The notes under the pieces: model-generated | What the model saw: the letters and a program-made list of their open reading frames with translations, nothing else | The model's database searches: none | Told to the model about the DNA's origin: nothing | Sequence record: SRR22947727_5003 | Strand: one strand, 5' to 3' | DNA: 64,000 nucleotides | In this document: positions 63,745-64,000 of the stretch, piece after piece | Numbering within the stretch: position 1 is the first letter of the stretch | Layout of the letters: each line of letters begins with the position of its first letter | Program-made: the position numbers and the translations under genes

Positions 63745-64000
63745 AGTTCCCGATACACATCCTCAGTGGTCAGTCCTTTAGCAAGCATCAGAACCTGGAG
63801 GTGATAAATCAGCTGCGAGATTTCGATCGCCAAAGCCTCAGAGCTCTCGTGTTCGGCCGCCATCCAGACCTCTGATGCTTCTTCCACAATTTTCTTACCA
63901 ATTGCGTGAACACCCTTATCTAGCAGGGCTACCGTACCGGAGCCCTCTGGCCGCTGGGTGGAGAGTGCCTGGAGCTCGAGAAAGAGGTCGTCGAAGGTTT
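63741..64000 (-). CDS. hisE: Phosphoribosyl-ATP pyrophosphatase (5'-truncated by the window edge; not in the ORF track)
   Basis: Manual translation [52 protein letters not shown]...[11 protein letters not shown]...VYREL*; ATGA overlap with hisG. Confidence 0.92.
   Translation of the reverse strand, partial: TFDDLFLELQALSTQRPEGSGTVALLDKGVHAIGKKIVEEASEVWMAAEHESSEALAIEISQLIYHLQVLMLAKGLTTEDVYREL

Overview
A gene-dense, high-GC actinobacterial core-genome segment. Gene order and protein sequences point to Microbacteriaceae, probably a streamlined lineage (inferred, not searched). Left to right it holds: the 3' end of a tRNA with a terminator; a LexA-boxed imuA-imuB-dnaE2 mutasome cassette; trmH-like, sirtuin, histidine phosphatase, ybaK, treS and a DEDDh exonuclease; type B L31; glgC-serB; fabG; a DUF3099/small Cys-His protein/SURF1 operon; an ABC-F ATPase; sufBD-Rieske-sufC-sufT; ctaA/ctaB; tkt-tal-pgi; rbpA-secG; gap-pgk-tpiA; sodA; uvrB-uvrA-uvrC-rapZ-whiA; coaE, rpsA and polA; an ANTAR response regulator; tRNA-Leu(CAA); and the hisE-hisG-hisF-hisI-trpE-...-trpCBA-lgt-gltBD-pyk supercluster. 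I saw no mobile element, CRISPR array, prophage or clearly novel protein system. The most interesting signals are non-coding: a nested PafBC-type plus LexA promoter at the mutasome; a two-hairpin, RBS-occluding gltB leader and two other hairpins with ANTAR-like A-N-N-G-N-N loops in a window that encodes an ANTAR regulator; frequent leaderless promoter architecture; and streamlining signatures (overlapping convergent stop codons; glgM, zwf-opcA-pgl and yvcK absent from their usual positions).
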